DNA from: Catajapyx aquilonaris
Taxonomy: Eukaryota
NCBI GenBank assembly: GCA_000934665.2
Contig: KZ538281.1
Coordinates: forward strand, 1 to 64,000
DNA length: 64,000 bases
Direction: 5' to 3'
This document shows, piece after piece, positions 52,101-64,000 of the stretch; positions within the stretch are counted from its first letter, which is position 1, and each line of letters opens with the position of its first letter. The notes under the pieces are model-generated. The model saw only the letters and a program-made list of their open reading frames with translations. It made no database searches and was not told the origin of the DNA. Position numbers and translations under genes: made by a program.

Positions 52101-53404
52101 TTTTTTGCATAAAATTGAAAAAAGTGGATTCATGCAAATGTGTACGCAGACAAAAATTTTGCGATTTTTGGCACAGCTGTTTTTTTTGCGAACATATGAT
52201 TTACGATGTTGTTTTTCCCTCTCAATGCAAAAAAAAAACATCACATCTCAAAGCAAGCGGACCTTCAACAATGGCAGAGTACAATGTGAAACTTACCGGG
52301 CCAGTAAATAACCTTACGGCCATCTGTTTTGACCCGACCGGTATGCTACTGCAATGTGGCAGGTCCTTACGACTATTGGCGTGTAATTCGCATGCGCAGG
52401 CATATTGTTCGGGGGGGCACTTGTCGCTCACTTAATTTTTAAAAAAATGTTCTCACCAAAAAAATTAATAATTTATCTCATTGGTAATTCAGGCTGGCAT
52501 TTCACCCTCTCCGGCAGATGTAAGCTGAAGGAAAAAGGTCGAGAGTTCAATCCCCCAGCCTGGTATAAATGCCAATCTGATTAATTAGATTCGGCTGCAA
52601 ATTCGCATAATTCATTGCAAATGTGGATGACCTTGAAAAATAAATAAAAAATGACGAAGATTTCTCCCCCTTCCACCCTCACCACAACCCTGGAATACCC
52701 ACCGGATTATATAAAATACAGGAAATCAATAGTTCGTCTTTGCACATGGGGTCTAGCTAGGGGAAATCCTACAAGTCCAACCCGGCGAATAATTGCGTCG
52801 CATTTGCGCTAATCACATTATTGTTTAAAAAGAATTACTGTACATGGTGATACTCCTTTTTTTTTAAACAATTGACTAGTTCCGAGCCTACAATGTCCAA
52901 TATTCAACACCGAGTACGACGCAATTCGCACTCCGTTTCACCCGAATCGTTACTTCCAAAATGACGTAACACATTACACTCGGAGTTAAATTTTTTTTTA
53001 AAATAATAAATTCGAGTCCACTTGTGTATAGTAAGTATAAATTGTGGGTACGTTAATAAATAAATGCGTGGTTATAATATAGCACAGGGTCCTAGACACG
53101 GCGGCTGATTCCGGTCCATACCGGATAACCCCCCCTCCTTTTCCAGACTCCCACGTGCTCACCCCTCGTCCCCTTTGCAACCCACACAGGAGCAGACAAA
53201 AAAAAGAATAAAATGCAACCTTGCATCGAATATCGCACCGAAAATATCGATACGATCCTAATAATAACTAGTCTAGACATGAGTTAATTTACCCCAGTGT
53301 TGCAGTGTATAGTAACAACCGTGACAAATAATTAAACCATTAAATATTAGAGGCAACCTTGCATCGATTATCGCACAAAAGTAATAGCTACAGTCCTAAA
53401 TACA

Positions 53405-54025
53405 GGGGTTAACTTACCCCAGTGGAGTAACTACCGAGGCAAATTTTAGTAACAAGTTAACCCACAAGGATTAACTTACCACAGTGAGGTGTAACAACTG
53501 AGGCAAATTTTAGTAACAAGTTAACCCAGGATAAACCTACCCAAGTGGAATAACTACTGAGGCAAATTTTAGTAACAAGTTAACCCACAAGGATTAACTT
53601 ACCACAGTGAGGTGTAACAACTGTGGCAAATTTTAGTAACAAGTTAACCCAGGATTAACCTACCCAAGTGGAATAACTCCTGAGGCAAATTTTAGTAACA
53701 AGTTAACCCAGGATTAACCTACCCTAGTGGAATAACTACGGAGGCAAATTTTAGTAACAAGTTAACCCAGGATTAGCCTACCCTAGTGGAATAACTCCTG
53801 AGGCAAATTTTAGTAACAAGTTAACCCAGGATTAACCTACCCTAGTGAAATAACTACTGAGGCAAATATAACAACAAGAGCCGAATTCAGAGAGGTTGGT
53901 TAACGTAACCTACATGGATTAACTTACTCCAGTGGCGCGTAATTACTGAGCCAAATTTTTAGTAACAAGTTAACCCACGTGGATTAACTTACCCCAAGTG
54001 GAGTAACTACGGTACCGAGGCAAAT
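53405..54025. repeat. 59-63-bp minisatellite, about 9-10 units
   Basis: gaggcaaattttagtaacaagttaacccaggattaacctaccctagtggaataactact repeated. Confidence 0.92.
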
Positions 54026-54124
54026 AAGTAAACCCACTACAACATTTTGGGCCACGAAAACAAGGCCACTAATGCGTTTTCTATCAGTTTGTTAGCATCG
54101 CTGGACGAAATTTTCCGCAAGATG

Positions 54125-55690
54125 TTTTAACAGGGCGGTTAGGAGCTAACTGACGGTTAAGTTAGTCGATATTAAAATCCATACTGTATAAACGCAATTT
54201 TTTTAAAAAAACCTTCAATTGTTTTACAACAAAAAAACGTTATCAGATTTTCTCTTAATAATCATTGAAGGAGTTATGTCTACAACCAACGCTTAGCTTT
54301 TAACGGGTCGGTTAAGCGCGAACTGACGGTTAAGTTTGTCGATATTAAAATCCAGACTGTATAAACGCAATTTTTAAAAAATCTTCAATTGTTTTACAAC
54401 AAAAAAAAGTAATCAGATTGAAGGAGTTAGGTCTACAACCAACACTTAGCTTTTAATGGGTCGGTTAAGCGCTAACTGACGGTTAAGTTTGTCGATATTC
54501 AAAGCGAGACTGTAAAAAGACGCAATTAAAGATTAAATCTTCGATCAATGTTAGATTTTCTGCTTCATTGGAGCCGTTACAAATGGTTCAACCATCGGTT
54601 AGCTTTTAACGGGCCAGTTAAAAGCTAACTGGCTGTTAAATTGAAAGCGAGACTGTGAAACCGCATTTTCTATGATAATATTCAGAAATGTAAGATTTTA
54701 TGCTCATGGAAATCGTTACAATGGTTTAACATTAACCAAAGGTTAGTTATTAGGTTAACCAGAGTTACATTGCAGGCTTTGTTGACGGTTTATTGTGAGC
54801 TAGACTTGTAGTCGTTACAATGGTTTAACCAAGTCTTTTAACGAGCCGGTTAAGAGCTAACTTACGGTTAACTTTTAACGCTCGGTTAGTTAGGTCAACC
54901 AGAATTAGTGATTGTTGGCATTGTTGACGGTTTATTGTGGGCTGGTCGTTACAAATGGTTGAACCGACGGTTAGCTTTTAACGCTCGGTTAGTTACATTA
55001 AGCAAATTTATGCACGATTACACCAACGAAATTACACCGATTCGATACCTAACACTGAGTACCTAACAGATAGTTAGCACACGTTAAAAGGGGCTCCTAA
55101 CGATCCATCGGATCGGTAATTTCGGTTGGTGCAATCGGGAATTAGTGACTGTTGGCATTGTTGACGGTTATTTATTATTGTGGGCGTTACAAATGGTTGA
55201 ACAACCGACGGTTAGATTTTAACGCTAGGTTAGCTAAAGTTAACCGGAGTGAACATTGCAGGCTTTGTTGACGGTTATTTATTATTGTGGGCGTTACAAA
55301 TGGTTGAACAACCGACGGTTAGATTCTAACGCTGGGTTAGCTAAGGTTAACCGGAGTGACATTGCAGGCTTTGTTGACGGCTATTTATTATTGTGGGCGT
55401 TACAAATGGTTGAACAACCGACGGTTAGATTTTAACGCTAGGTTAGCTAAGGTTAACCGGAGTGACATTGCAGGCTTTGTTGACGGTTTATTGTGGGCGT
55501 TACAAATGGGTGAACAACCGACGGTTAGATTTTAACGCTAGGTTAGCTAAGGTTGACCGGCTTTGTTGACGGTTATTTATTATTGTGGGCGTTACAAATG
55601 GGTGAACAACCGACGGTTAGATTTTAACGCTAGGTTAGCTAAGGTTAACCGGAGTGACATTGCAGGCTTTGTTGACGGTTTATTGTGGAA
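54125..55690. repeat. Composite satellite (GGTTAGC/TTAAC-rich) ending in about 5 units of about 107 bp
   Basis: ttgttgacggttatttattattgtgggcgttacaaatggttgaacaaccgacggttagattttaacgctaggttagctaaggttaaccggagtgacattgcaggct repeated; the left part shares blocks with 56785-58075. Confidence 0.85.
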
Positions 55691-55727
55691 TAGACACTGG
55701 AAATGACCCTGTCTCGATCGCGTCTGG

Positions 55728-56500
55728 CCGGAAGTGTGTTATCTCCCAGCTTGACCTTCAACACTGTTACTGTGTACTGTCGTGTACAGTACACGACATA
55801 CCGACACAAATAAAACGGGTCCATACCGTGACGCAACGGTGCAACCTTGACATCCCGAAAATACTCCAGGCATAATCGAGGCAGATCAATCAGAAAAACA
55901 GGTCAATTAACTATCGAGGAGACATTTATCGATACTATTATAATAATATCGATACGGAACACACGTTTACATGTGCGATTATTGAAGCCATGCGGACAGC
56001 GCATGTCAGCGCCATCTTGTGTCCCGGTTAGTTCCATTGCGATTGGCCGCCTGTTGCGTCACGCCCGTATTGATTGGCTCCCGAGGCGCAGTTGGGCTCC
56101 AAAATGGCGGTTCCGGGCGTTCCCTATCCGCCATCTGCAGGAGATTTCGAGCCCCCTCATGCCTGGCCCGGGCCAAAAAGCGCGGGGGTTTTCTATGCAG
56201 GGACAATAGGAAAAGGGGCTGGTCGACCCCGGGTCTGGCCCAGGGGCCGGATGGGACCCTGGAGATGAGGATATGCGGATGGGAAGCGGTTGCTATCAGG
56301 GCGTTCCAAGATACTCACCCGGAGAACGGAGTTTAGGCTGGGCCCAAACCGGCTCGGAACCTGGTGCGAAAGGGACGCCTCCAGAGGGAAGCACCCAGCA
56401 GTGCGATTCCACTGGGCACCATGACATCTGACGGAAACCCTACGGAACTACCTCGGAAAGTGGCGCTGATGCTGGTGACGTCACAAAAAGATGGCGACGC
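55728..56500 (+). promoter_or_regulatory. GC-rich promoter-like island upstream of FASTKD5
   Basis: ETS-like CCGGAAGT (55728), two DRE-like TATCGATA (about 55927, 55947), two ATTGG (CCAAT) boxes, YY1/Pho-like GCCATCTT/AAAATGGCGG/AAGATGGCG (about 56011, 56101, 56488) and CRE GTGACGTCAC (56475-56484), with the ATG at 56545. Confidence 0.55.
56006..56469 (+). ncRNA. Candidate large structured RNA of unknown family
   Basis: Nested helices read by eye, e.g. 56006-14/56461-69, 56029-35/56444-50, 56109-18/56352-61, 56121-41/56258-84; G-U pairs fall on the plus strand. Family not recognised. Confidence 0.3.
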
Positions 56501-56544
56501 CCATGTGTAATAACGTGATTAGAAATTATAAGTAATTAAAAGTA

Positions 56545-59500
56545 ATGCAGGCGGCTCGATTTTTAATGATAAGCTGCCGGTTGGTGGCCAGTCACAGACC
56601 GGTGCTGGTACTGGGCAGGACGTGCGACAGCAGCATATCAAGACTTGTTGCAGGTACGGGTCATTGCAATTATTATTACCACCAATTACTGCAAAAAAAT
56701 GGATCAAAAATTCTTAAACGCGAAAATACGCCAAAAACCTTCTTTCCTGAATATGATCTGTTGAAATGGGGTTGTGTCTGCAGTCAAACACTGGTTAAAA
56801 AGCAGTGGTTAGCTTTTAACGGATCGGTTAACAGCTAACCATTGGTTACAAAACAGTGGTTAACTTAATTGCGTTTTTTACAGTCGCTTTTAATGTCAAC
56901 AAACTTAACTGTCAGTTAGCTCTTAACCAGTTAACAGCTAACCACTGGTTACAAAAGTGGTTAACAGATGTTATCTTTAATTGCGTTTTTTACAGTCGCT
57001 TTTATTGTCAACAGACTTAACTGTTGGTTAGCTCTTAACCAGCCCCGTTAAAAGCCAACCACTGTTTTGTAACCAGTGGTTAGCTCTTAACTGGCCCGAA
57101 CGCTGACTGTTGGTTAAGTTTGTTGATATTAATATCAACTTTTACTCAGCTTTTAATATCAACAAACTTAACTGTCCAGTTAGCTCTTAACCAGTTAACA
57201 GCTAACCACTGGTTACAAAACAGTGGTTAACCTTTAATTGCGGTTTTTACACTCGCTTTTAATGTCAACAAACTTGACTGTCAGTAAGCTCTTAACCAGT
57301 TAACAGCTAACCACTGGTTACAAAACAATGGTTAACCTTTAATTGCGGTTTTTACACTCGCTTTTAATGTCAACAAACTTGACTGTCAGTTAGCTCTTAA
57401 CCAGTTAACAGCTAACCGCTGGTTACAAAACAGTTGTTAATTGATGTCATCTTTAAATGCATTTTACAGTCGCTTTTATTGTCAACAGACTTAACTGTCG
57501 GTTAGCTCTTAACCGGCCCCGTTAAAAGCCAACCACTGTTTTGTAACCAGTGGTTAGCTCTTAACTGGCCCGAACGCTGACTGTTGGTTAAGTTTGTTGA
57601 TATTAATATCAACTTTTACTCAGCTACAAATTTAACTGTCAGTTAGCTCTTAACCGGCCTGTTAATAGCTAACCACTGTTTTGTAACCAGTGGTTAGCTC
57701 GTAAGCTAACTGACGGTTAAGTTTGTTGATATTAATATCAACTTTTACTCAGCTTTTAATAACACCAAACTTAACTGTCAGTTAGCTCTTAACCGGTTAA
57801 AAGCTAACCAGTTTTGTAATCAGTGGTTAGCTCTCAACTGGACCGTTAAATGCTAACTTACAGTTAACTGTCAGTTAGCTCTTAACCGGCCCGTTAATAG
57901 CTAATGACTGTTTTGTAACCAGTGGTTAGCTCTTAACCGGCCTGTTAAATACTAACTGGCAGTTAAGTTTGTTGGTGCTAAAAGCGACTAAAAAAAACCT
58001 CATTAAAGATAACATCTTCGATAATCTGAGAGATTGGAGTCGTTACAATGGTTTAACCACTTTTAGCGATTACAGCTTACAACTGACATTTTGGTTATTC
58101 GCAGGAAGGGTGGTAGTACGAGGTATCCATGCGACTATTGTCAGCCAGTACAAGTACCAGGTGGACTCAGAGAACCAGTATGCACACTCCGTACTGGAGA
58201 GACTGCCTGGATATGCGGAGACGCTCTGTGCCAAAGGGGAAAACGTGCTGGAAAGTCAAGAGGTAAGCGACAAACAAGGAGAAAATAATGATAGATTAGT
58301 AATCATAAAATGCACTCTAATGGAAAATATTTTCGCAATTCAGATAAGTCCAGCTGAATACGAGGATTTGCTACAGAAAGACTGGAGTGAATCAGAGCCT
58401 TCGGAGGTGCAAGTGGCCTTCAACATGTTGTCTCGTTATGTCGCCAAGTGCCCGCAAGATATTAGCTCTTCGCAGTTTGATGGCATCTGCCAGGCGGTGT
58501 GTCGGACGTGCGCTAAGTGGAGCGCAGAGCAGGTAAACTGATATGTTTGCGTTGTCTTGACACAACTGACAGCGTGTTTTACTTGCAGATTTTAGATGGA
58601 CTCTATTGCCTTTCTTTGTGGCCTGAAACCAAGTCGACTATGACACACAACTTTAAAGAGGTGTGGAACGCAATTGATTGTGCCGGCTTGGAATGTCGAG
58701 GCATGACCTTGGCCCAGCAGCTTTTGATGTGCGATTACTGGCATCGGCTGGGGCTCGCAGGGATCAACTTGTTCAACGGACGTGTCATCCTTCGAACGAG
58801 CAAACGTGCCAAGCGTCTTTCAGCCCACAACCTGGTTCAACTCATGTTTTACGTCAATGTAAAACGACGCTTGCCAAAGGAAACCAACATGTTCGAGTTT
58901 GAATACGTCTGGAGTCAGGTTGCCGAGAGCCTCACCGTAGAAGAGACTGCGGTAGTAGCAATGGGATTTTTCAAGACGCAATCCCGCATACACACTCCAG
59001 AACTTGTGTACATGGTCATGGAAATGGCGGCGAAGAATGTCGGATACGCTCCGGAAGTCGCAGTCTGCGCCTTGCTCAAGATAATAAGGAAGAGCATGAG
59101 GGCCCAGCATCTAAACCGTTTGCAACCACTGCTTGAAGCATGCTTGAATCGCATCCAACACATCAGCTTGATGACCTGTTTGCAAGTCGGATTGTTGGGA
59201 AGCAATTTTCAGGTAATTGCAGATGTACGCTGCGTCATTCATTGCCAATTGCGGAAATGTACGATTCGTTGGCGTACGCCTATTGGCTTGTTCGATTTTG
59301 TATAATGTTACGCTTACTTACCAGGTTTTTCATCCGGAGCTCACCAAAGCAGTTGTCGGTCGCTTCCTGCCTGAAATCTCCCAGGTTAGGCTGAAGGAAC
59401 TGGAGAGACTCGCCTTCATAGTGACTTCTAGCCAGGTGGAACAAGAAAAGGTCTTGGACGCCATTGCTGAGCAGCTCTTGAGTCCAAATAGAAAAGAAGA

Positions 59501-60689
59501 AATAGAGACACACCCAAAGGTCTTCATGTCCACGCTTCATTACCTTTTGTTTAAAGGCCCCATACCTACTCAACTTCTGGAGATTGCGATGCTGCCAAAC
59601 GCTATTCGGAACTGGTATGGTGAGTAACTCGGGATAATGACGTAATTGATGGCGGAAGTAAACGCCGCATTTAATTTCCAGGAAATAATGCGACTGTAAT
59701 AGGAAGGGAGGTACTAATGATTGACATGACTTTGGACTTGGAGTGGAAGGACTTTCCATCTCGGTGCTTGAAAGAGAAGAACCGCAATTACATCATCAAG
59801 GTAAATATCTGGAAAGAAATGTGCAGTTACAGCTGTGGTTCGTATTAAATATTAATAATCCTTTGCAAATTACTAAAATTATACATCACGGCGTTTTCTC
59901 AACAAATTTAGGGTTTCCAGTGGATAACGAGCGGATATCAATAACGAGTTTCCTAAAATTATGAATTATGAGCTGCAACCAAATATTGCAATTATTATGG
60001 CTGCGGAAAAATGGTACACAGTGAAGTGTAAATCTGCACTTTGTTTCAGACCAATATTGGTTGGGTGCCTCCTGCCGACGCTGCGAAGATGCCAAATGTG
60101 TACATGAATCTGTGGGGCATGAAGAAAATCCTGGATGGCTTTCGCCCCAAGAATGGCGACGTCCAGTATACGCATCTGACTCATGTGCTTCCGCACTTTT
60201 TTAACGCTGGTAAACCTCTATGCGGAATTAGGACAAATATTTTCTGCGAACAGAGATTCACCTCTGCTCTGTTTGTTGCAGACCTCGTGTTTTGCCTGGA
60301 CTCAAATGGACATCTGATGCCTCTTTCGGACGCTTATGTCAATCTTCCTGTGACCAGCATAAAGTATCCCGAGTCCAATGGAGGACAGTGGTGCTGCATA
60401 GTATACCTGGTCAAGGGAGCATTCGTTCGAGATACAACCCAAGCGTTAGGCATCGCTCATCTGAAGGCAAGGCAGCTACGTAAAGCTGGGTACACCGTTT
60501 TAGAGGTTAGTCATGAAGATCAGCCAACTTTTGAACATTAATTATTATGCCACTTTGTTTCAGGTTCCATTTTACGACTGGGAAGACAAGTCCGCTGAAA
60601 ATCAAGAGGCCTACTTGAAGGAGAAAATAAATGAAGCGATTAGTCAGGTTGGGGGTGTCCACAAAATTAGTGGATCAAATGCATCATGA
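56545..60689 (+). CDS. FASTKD5: FAST kinase domain-containing protein (FASTKD5-like), mitochondrial, with C-terminal RAP domain
   Basis: Exons 56545-56653, 58105-58262, 58344-58532, 58589-59212, 59325-59619, 59682-59800, 60050-60209, 60282-60505, 60564-60689, all GT-AG and in phase. Arg/Ser-rich N-terminus resembles a mitochondrial presequence. Motifs LVQLMFYVN..R, E.AVVAMGFFKTQ, RLKELERL, HVLPHF..ADLV and RAP-domain LKARQLRKAGYTVLEVPFYDW...YLKEKI. Confidence 0.88.
56785..58075. repeat. Composite palindromic satellite filling FASTKD5 intron 1
   Basis: Blocks aacttaactgtcagttagctcttaaccagttaacagctaaccactggttacaaaacagtggtt occur in both orientations. Confidence 0.88.
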
Positions 60690-62596
60690 CATCTTCGCTG
60701 TGACTCGTTACTCTAAAGATTACTGCTGTAATGTGACTGCGGCCCATTTATTTCAAGAGCATGTAAGTTTTGTATGTTTCTGCAAGTAAATATTGTACAC
60801 AGTGCAGTGCACATGTTTTTTTACTTGATAGGGGAACGTTGTATAATCATTAACAACCTGAAATCCCTTCCTTTGCAAATGAAACAATGACAGATTGACT
60901 ATTATTACTCTGAAAATTGCAATAAAACATGAAGTGCATTCAATACAAAAGGCAATGAAAACATTTGTTTCATGAGCTATGTCTCAGAAATGATAGAAAA
61001 AGTTCAAGTTATTACTTAGAAATTATTACGTAAAATTGTAATTACACGGATTATGCCATATTGTGTTGGCTATGATTTTTTTTTTAAACTATTGCAATAT
61101 CTCACCATTGTCCTGCTCGTCACATTTTTGAGAGCGCATAGTTGCTCGTTAATTATTACCAATGAACTAGAAAGAGAAGAAATTAAAAAACTATGTACCC
61201 AATGCTCTGAAAGTGTTTGAAACTGAAATGTCCCGTAAAAGGAGTACAAAATCATTATTATTCTTCCACTGTAATGATTTATTACAGAAAGCATCGTAAA
61301 CCCAATGCACACATAATCTCAAGCCTCAACAAAAAAGTAGCACAATTGTCATAAAATAAATATATCCTTCTTGCCAAGACATCGTCAGAGAAAACTTGTC
61401 ATGTAACACTTCTAATCACACACAACATACTAAAATATCACTGGGCATGATTTGGGTACAAATTTTTTTTTTTAAATGATTTGTTCAAAATCAATCCACT
61501 CGAATTTACTACATGGTTTATGAAGATGAAAGTAAATTCAAGGTCAATTTAAATCTTCAAGAAAAACTGCCTTGAAACATTAATGTAAATGCTACGAAAT
61601 AAATATGCCATCTCGATGGCAACATATACCACATTGTACTGCCCAAATGCATCGAAATGACTTTTAATATTTCGACTAATGCACAATATCAACAGCAGCA
61701 TTTGGAGGAAAATGTCCCTCATGCAGACAAAAAAAACAAGTAAAACTACAATCGCTATTCAATGTAATTAGCCTTATTAGAAATACAGTAAAACCTCGAT
61801 TATTTAACGCGTTTAACGTCCTTTTTTCCCTGTCCCTTGATCATTTCCAGAAGGTGAATTTCCCCGCATATGACGCTACTTTTGGGCGGTCCGTTGAAGA
61901 GCGTTGCATCGACCAGTTACCAGTTGTAAGCATGTTAAATTCGGAGGTACTACAAAAGTCACTTTCCAAAAGCAAATCTACTTTATCGTGGCTAATAATT
62001 ATAAAACTTATATTCACAGATCCACAATGCATGTGTCTTAACACTAATACTGATTAAGAATAATTGCACCCTCACTCTGGTCATTTGAAAATGAGGATTA
62101 TTATTATTTTTTTTCAAAGGACAAATTTATGTTCTAGTGATCATATCACTCCCTCACGATTTAATTCAACATGACGCAAATTATTTGTCAGATTACGCTG
62201 GTTGATTCGTTAGTACTCATTGTTATAAATTCTAACATGTCAATCATGGCTGCGTACATTAATTAATGTCTGTACAGGCAAATGCGTTCCGGACAGGATT
62301 TTTATATAGAATCCACATGCACTTTCCGCTTTCTGCTGATGGCGAAATTTGGTGCGGTTTATACCAGTGGTAGTGCAATAGCATATTCAGTGTATCAGTT
62401 AACATAGGTGCCAGCCAGTCTTATTTACAAAAATCATACGCATTGCCACAAAATCGTTACTATTGGAGATGACAACATGAGTTGGAACGTTACAAAAATT
62501 CGCAACCACTTGTCCAGTTCAAGGAAATGTTAATCAAACTCCAGCAAAAGCCACACCATACTTCTCTCACACACATATCGTCAATACCTGTGATCC

Positions 62597-63691
62597 TCAC
62601 ATTGCCATACACTTCTCGGCATGCCTACGCAATCGGATCATAGACCCGCATCTCTTTTGACAATAAGGACAAGTGAACATCCCCAAGTGAACTGACTTCA
62701 TGTGTGTGCTTAAGTGCGCAAACTGTGTGAATCTGAACCCACAAACCTTGCATGTATAGGGCCTCTCACCTGTGTGGACACGCAAGTGAACTATGAGGTA
62801 CTGGGACTTGATAAATTGCTTCCCGCAGGTCCTGCAAACATAACGTGACTTTTTGTTGCCACTGTTGCGATTCATGTAATTTTGTGCCTTGTAATTGGTG
62901 GTGGTGTGTGGTACCTTGTAACGTAGGTTCCTCCTGGTTGGAGACTCCTCCTGTAGCAACTGACCGTTTGTAATGTTCTCGTGCGACATATTCAGCGCAT
63001 CTTCGTGTAAGGACTTCACATCAGTAACCATCAACTGCGGACCGTCCATACTTGCATCATACATATCTTCCTCATCGAACGGCTCCAGCTTCACGACCGG
63101 TTCAGCCGCTGCAGGTGCTGATCTCGAACGTGTCAACACACTTTTAAGTATAGACGGAGGTGACTTTCTACCGTCACTCTGCAGCTGTTCCTTATGGAGC
63201 ATCTGCATGTGTCGCTCCAAGTTCCGGAGTGTGGATATCGCAACTCCGCATACTTTACACCTGCATTTGGCAGATTTATTGGGCTTCGTGTGTGATCTCA
63301 TGTGTGTTCTCATACCTGTCAAAGTGGTAAACTTTGTGTTACAGTACGGACACACAATTGGCTTCCTCGTCAGTGGTGCCCGTTGACGCAATGGCTTCAC
63401 ATCTTCATTTGGTTTGCGCCACACATCGTTACGCCACGGTGCTACCTCTTCTTTTGGTCTGCGCCATTGCGTTACTTCCGCTTTCGGTTTACAGCACACG
63501 GTTACAGTCACATGCGGCTGCGACTTCGACTGGCTTCCATCGCATTCGACGCTGTGATTATCGAATCCCCTTTGGTTTAAAGAGTACAATCCACATTTTT
63601 GACACAGCAGATCTTTCCCGTAGCATGAATGAGCGGACTTGTCCGCGTAAACGTTCCAACAAAATATGCAAAATTTCTTCTTGCCCTCCAT
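62597..63691 (-). CDS. C2H2 zinc-finger protein (single long exon; an upstream exon is possible)
   Basis: Acceptor ttgcag immediately before A-ATG at 63691. Fingers CPYC..H..H, CKVC..H..H, CRTCGKQF..HLRVH-TGERPY-TCKVC..H..H and a terminal CPYC..H..C. Stop at 62597. Confidence 0.9.
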   Translation of the reverse strand: MEGKKKFCIFCWNVYADKSAHSCYGKDLLCQKCGLYSLNQRGFDNHSVECDGSQSKSQPHVTVTVCCKPKAEVTQWRRPKEEVAPWRNDVWRKPNEDVKPLRQRAPLTRKPIVCPYCNTKFTTLTGMRTHMRSHTKPNKSAKCRCKVCGVAISTLRNLERHMQMLHKEQLQSDGRKSPPSILKSVLTRSRSAPAAAEPVVKLEPFDEEDMYDASMDGPQLMVTDVKSLHEDALNMSHENITNGQLLQEESPTRRNLRYKVPHTTTNYKAQNYMNRNSGNKKSRYVCRTCGKQFIKSQYLIVHLRVHTGERPYTCKVCGFRFTQFAHLSTHMKSVHLGMFTCPYCQKRCGSMIRLRRHAEKCMAM

Positions 63692-63881
63692 TCTGCAAGA
63701 AATTGAAGTACATTGAAATAACAGCATGCCTATCAAAAAAATTATTACAACAAAAATATGTATGCATACGCTTATTATTATTGTGCCTCTCCTTCTCATT
63801 AGCACCTTATGTATGTGTAATTTATTTATTTATTTTAAGTGCCCCTTGACAACCTTTACAGGGTATTCGGGGGATGTGTTG

Positions 63882-63950
<69 letters not shown>
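63882..63950. repeat. (ATT)n microsatellite
   Basis: About 23 perfect ATT units. Confidence 0.98.
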
Positions 63951-64000
63951 GTGTGTTGCTGTGCGTATAAAGTGAAAGTTATTGCCTGACAGGCAATGGC

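Noticed and set aside
52490..52582. tRNA-like B-box GAGTTCAATCCC
   Set aside because: No cloverleaf or A-box could be built; at most a SINE or tRNA remnant.
56006..56469. Identification as telomerase RNA, RNase P/MRP, 7SK or SRP RNA
   Set aside because: No template of more than one CCTAA repeat on either strand, no CR-I motif, no paired GAUC motifs and no SRP helix-8 match visible; left as unknown.
63726..63989. Poly-Ile ORF
   Set aside because: Translation of the (ATT)n microsatellite.
1..64000. Autonomous transposase, reverse transcriptase, Fanzor/TnpB or horizontally transferred prokaryotic gene
   Set aside because: No ORF with DDE, RT or RuvC motifs was seen; psuG has ordinary spliceosomal introns and belongs to a family widespread in eukaryotes.

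Overview
Eukaryotic genomic DNA, very probably from an arthropod: GT-AG introns, TTAGG-type repeats and DRE-like TATCGATA motifs. There is one 102-N assembly gap at 16828-16929. Seven protein-coding genes can be reconstructed by hand. They are the 3' end of a tetraspanin (+), a pseudouridine-5'-phosphate glycosidase that splices into the start of a PfkB-type kinase domain (-), an unrecognised coiled-coil gene (-), EFHC1/Rib72 with three DM10 domains and a Cys/Pro-rich tail (+), an SLC20/PiT phosphate transporter with two duplicated alternative N-terminal exons (-), FASTKD5-like (+) and a C2H2 zinc-finger gene (-). Introns and intergenic DNA are dense with non-autonomous DNA transposons (MITEs, a foldback MULE, nested insertions), minisatellites and interstitial TTAGG arrays. 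The main leads are the duplicated PiT-signature exons, a ~460-nt GC-rich candidate structured RNA just upstream of FASTKD5, a ~26-bp core reused in several unrelated repeat architectures, and one TIR family carrying two different cargos. All exon boundaries and base pairings were read by eye; no database searches or folding programs were run.
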